62,004 bases of DNA from assembly GCA_000320545.1 (NCBI GenBank), contig ADNK01003223.1, positions 1-62,004 of the forward strand, written 5' to 3'. Under the pieces are notes generated by a model. It saw only the letters and a list, made by a program, of their open reading frames with translations. It was not told the origin of the DNA and did no database searches. Each line of letters begins with the position of its first letter. Position 1 is the first letter of the stretch. Positions 58,524 through 62,004 of this stretch are shown here, piece by piece. Source of the DNA: Bigelowiella natans CCMP2755 (Eukaryota; Protista; Cercozoa). The translations under genes and the position numbers were made by a program.

Positions 58524-59251
58524 TTTTACAGGGGGAGGGCAGCGGTCATGATCAGTGTCGTTGTGGAAACCATTTGTTCCGAAGCTGGAAATCTTCTGAT
58601 CTCCCACTATTGTCGCCCACATCAGACGTAATGGATTCGCATCCGATCCTGGTAGTAACCGGGGGTATTTTTCAAAGAGATCATTTTAATATTTGAAAAG
58701 ACAATTCATATGTGCGACAAGGAGAAGAAATTATAATGATATTAATGCGGCCCCTACGCTCGATCTCACACGCGCCTCTTTTAGATCGGGGATCTAGTCA
58801 TCCGTGGAATAGTAACGTGCGGATAACTGCTGATTTTAACTAAACCACATAGGATTAAGCACCTTCAGGCAGATCTAAGACACTAGGCGCTCTCAAGAAG
58901 GCCTTTAATTTGTAGATTTAGAGCAATTCTTCTTGGGCATGTAACAGTTTATATGGTAACGCCACACGCTTAATGTTTGGACAAGAGCTCTTAGATCAAA
59001 GAAAAAACCTCTAGACCCGTGCCAGTACTTCAACAGTTCAATTCAAATTCCGCTGAGGAGGCAATGAGGATAGGTATGGAGACGGTACCGACACTGTCCA
59101 TTCTCCTCATCTTGGTCAAATCCACATTTGGTGCAGTTGAGGATGGCAGCTTAATTGCAAACCAGGTAGGTTGAAAGAGAGACTTTGTCCTCAGGCATGC
59201 AAACATGAACAGGTTAACAATGTGAGGAATGTATCGGTCATTCTCTTTCAG

Positions 59252-61895
59252 GAACGACGGCACGGCATCGTCCGTACTCTATCTTTTTCTGTCACCTGCC
59301 CAGCTACTTTCACTCCATCCCGCAGACCTCTAGGGAATCAACAGTGCAACGACGCGGGTCTTACGTCTTTATCATGCAAATGCACTTCTGAAAAGCTGAG
59401 AGATCTCCTAAGTTTAAGTGTATGTCTGGTGTGAAATATACGTTTGGGCGCTGTGTTGAGAGCATGCATCGTTACCCCTCCTACTCCCTTAGGCATAACG
59501 TGTTTCCAGTCTGAACAACAGGATAGTAACGATTGCAGGAATTTTTGTCAAACCCACGCTTTGAGCTCTGGGATAGGAATGTGCTACTCAAACGTTGGAC
59601 CAAACAACAATTTGGCGTGCCAATACATCGTTGGTCTGGTCTAACACCTTATTAAATCATCATGATCCTACATTAAGCCGGAAAATCTTAGTGATCTTCG
59701 TCTCTTAATACCTGGGAGTTGAAATTGATGATCCTTCCATTGATCGTTTAGGCTCGACCTCCGATAGATCTGCATCAAATAGCGTGAGGCAGACCATGTT
59801 TTGCATATGTAAGCCATCTTTTCCAGTAGAAAATGAGGATCAAACACTCAAAACTCTGCTTCATGGCGTGATTGTTTCTTTTAAAAAAGAGAAGACGAGA
59901 CTATCTCGAGCAGTCAATTCCTTAAATCTAACCTCAAGCACCACTCAGACGATCCTACGAGCTCTCCTACCGTTTTACCCACCGTGAATCCCACGACACT
60001 CTACCCGACACTCTCCCCGACTACTAATCCTACTAAATACCCTACCCGGTATGGTATGCATGATCGTACGTGCAGTAGCAGCATACGGGGAAGTTTGTTG
60101 TTTTTCCTATTTTTAATTTGGAAGAAAGGAGAGAGACCCCCACAGTTTGCAACGTGATTCACTTGCTGTTGTGACTTGATTCGTTGATACATTTATCTTA
60201 TTTTATTTTGCAGATAATATATATTGTTCATTGTCCCTAACCCTCTGCCCTCCACCCTCCACGTTGTTGTTGCTGCTGCTGCTGTAGGTCCCCTACATCC
60301 TGCCCCTCAAGCGCACCGACGTTGCCAACAGCAAATCCTACCGTTTCACCCACTGTGAATCCTACGACACTCTCCCCGACACCCTCCCCGACAAATAATC
60401 CTACTAAAAACCCTACCCGGTATGCATGCTCGTACGTGCAGTAGGAGAGAGACACTCATAGTTCGCAACGTGATTCAGTTGTTCTTGTGACTTGATTTGT
60501 GGATGCATTTATCTTATTTTATTTTTGTAGATAATATATATTGTTCATTGTCCCTAACCCTCTGCCCTCCACCCTCCACGTTGTTGTTGCTGCTGCTGCT
60601 GTAGGTCCCCTACATCCTGCCCCTCAAGCGCACCGACGTTGCCAACAGCAAATCCTACCGTTTCACCCACTGTGAATCCTACGACACTCTCCCCGACACC
60701 CTCCCCGACAAATAATCCTACTAAAAACCCTACCCGGTATGCATGCTCGTACGTGCAGTAGGAGAGAGACACTCATAGTTCGCAACGTGATTCAGTTGTT
60801 CTTGTGACTTGATTTGTGGATGCATTTATCTTATTTTATTTTTGTAGATAATATATATTGTTCATTGTCCCTAACCCTCTGCCCTCCACCCTCCACGTTG
60901 TTGTTGCTGCTGCTGCTGTAGGTCCCCTACATCCTGCCCCTCAAGCGCACCGACGTTGCCAACAGCAAATCCAACGTCCCAATCCGTCTCCCCAAGTGCA
61001 CAACCAACGAGCGCACCCAATCTATTGACATCTGCACCTTCACACGTTCCAACAGCATCACCCTTTTCCTCCGGATCTCCTACAGGGTGTCCAACAGCAT
61101 CTCCAACGTCCCAATCCGTCTCCCCAAGTGCACAACCAACGAGCGCACCCAATCTATTGACATCTGCACCTTCACACGTTCCAACAGCATCACCCTTTTC
61201 CTCCGGATCTCCTACAGGGTGTCCAACAGCATCTCCAACGTCCCAATCCGTCTCCCCAAGTGCACAACCAACGAGCGCACCCAATCTATTGACATCTGCA
61301 CCTTCACACGTTCCAACAGCATCACCCTTTTCCTCCGGATCTCCTACAGGGTGTCCAACAGCATCTCCAACGTCCCAATCCGTCTCCCCAAGTGCACAAC
61401 CAACGAGCGCACCCAATCTATTGACATCTGCACCTTCACACGTTCCAACAGCATCACCCTTTTCCTCCGGATCTCCTACAGGGTGTCCAACAGCATCTCC
61501 AACGTCCCAATCCGTCTCCCCAAGTGCACAACCAACGAGCGCACCCAATCTATTGACATCTGCACCTTCACACGTTCCAACAGCATCACCCTTTTCCTCC
61601 GGATCTCCTACAGGGTGTCCAACAGCATCTCCAACGTCCCAATCCGTCTCCCCAAGTACACAACCAACGAGCACACCCATTCTGTCTTCATCTGCACCTT
61701 CACACGTTCCAACAGCATCACCTCTCTCGACGCCAACAGGGATACCCTCCGCGTCTCCTTCTACAGCCCCTACGACATGTCCTTCTACAGCTCCAACGTC
61801 TACAGCTCCTACGTCAGTGTGCCCCTCAAGCGCACCGACATTGCCAACAGCATATCCGACGGGTTCGCCGAGTGGGAGCCCAACCACACAGAACG
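59252..61895 (+). CDS. Mucin-like Pro/Thr/Ser-repeat protein with Cys-containing N-terminal exons; both ends unresolved
   Basis: Cys-rich exons lie at ~59252-59410 and ~59522-59629. PTS exons (~59949-60049, 60288-60419, 60605-60736, 60922-~61895) splice in phase via CG|GT...AG|G. Confidence 0.7.
60190..60970 (+). repeat. 317-bp tandem exon+intron duplication (132-nt exon + 185-nt intron)
   Basis: 60288-60604 and 60605-60921 appear identical; antisense ORF coordinates 60237, 60554 and 60871 are 317 apart. Confidence 0.95.
60971..61725 (+). repeat. 132-bp (44-aa) coding tandem repeat, 5 copies + diverged partial 6th
   Basis: CCAACGTCCCAATCC starts at 60971, 61103, 61235, 61367, 61499 and 61631; unit PTSQSVSPSAQPTSAPNLLTSAPSHVPTASPFSSGSPTGCPTAS. 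Confidence 0.97.
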
Positions 61896-62004
61896 TAGAT
61901 AAATTACAATTTCTGTAGATGAGAACATCAATGTAAATTATATGTCATATATATTCTCATCATCATGACAATTTTATCGTCAGCCAGGGGGGGGGGGGGG
62001 GGGC

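Noticed and set aside
60871-61887. 338-aa G/V/D-rich ORF on the minus strand (and 61087-61902 in another plus frame)
   Set aside because: Shadow of the 132-bp PTS repeat; splice signals and phase support the plus-strand Pro/Thr/Ser frame.

Overview
Eukaryotic nuclear DNA from an intron-rich protist. Introns are short and mostly GT-AG, and many are packed with microsatellites. Signal+transit-like N-termini, a Whirly gene and Pro/Thr-repeat surface proteins hint at a complex-plastid alga such as a chlorarachniophyte, but this is not proven. Most listed ORFs are microsatellite artefacts. Splicing exons by hand gives about 13 genes: a PARP-like ADP-ribosyltransferase (+, 5'-partial), an alpha/beta hydrolase (-), an FKBP-PPIase/S-adenosylhomocysteine hydrolase fusion (+), a Whirly ssDNA-binding protein (-), a PLOD-type glycosyltransferase with bulb-lectin-like repeats (-), an inositol polyphosphate kinase (-), an animal-type bestrophin (+), mitochondrial EF-G2 (+), V-ATPase subunit C with a ~200-aa insertion (-), INO80C/Ies6 (-), an unknown secretory-pathway protein (+), a thioredoxin-like protein (-) and a mucin-like PTS-repeat protein (+). 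The most striking signal is non-coding. Eight 0.5-1.7 kb intergenic islands lie downstream of gene 3' ends and none lie between divergent promoters. In them the dinucleotide TpA is depleted (almost absent in three) except within CTA/TAG and above all CTAG, while CA/TG/CATG/TGCA are abundant. This looks like the scar of a localised, context-specific T:A>C:G mutational or base-modification process, opposite in direction to fungal RIP. One island also carries a perfectly phased 16-unit TTCnnGAAnn (heat-shock-element-like) array. Exon boundaries and counts were made by eye, and several gene termini are approximate.
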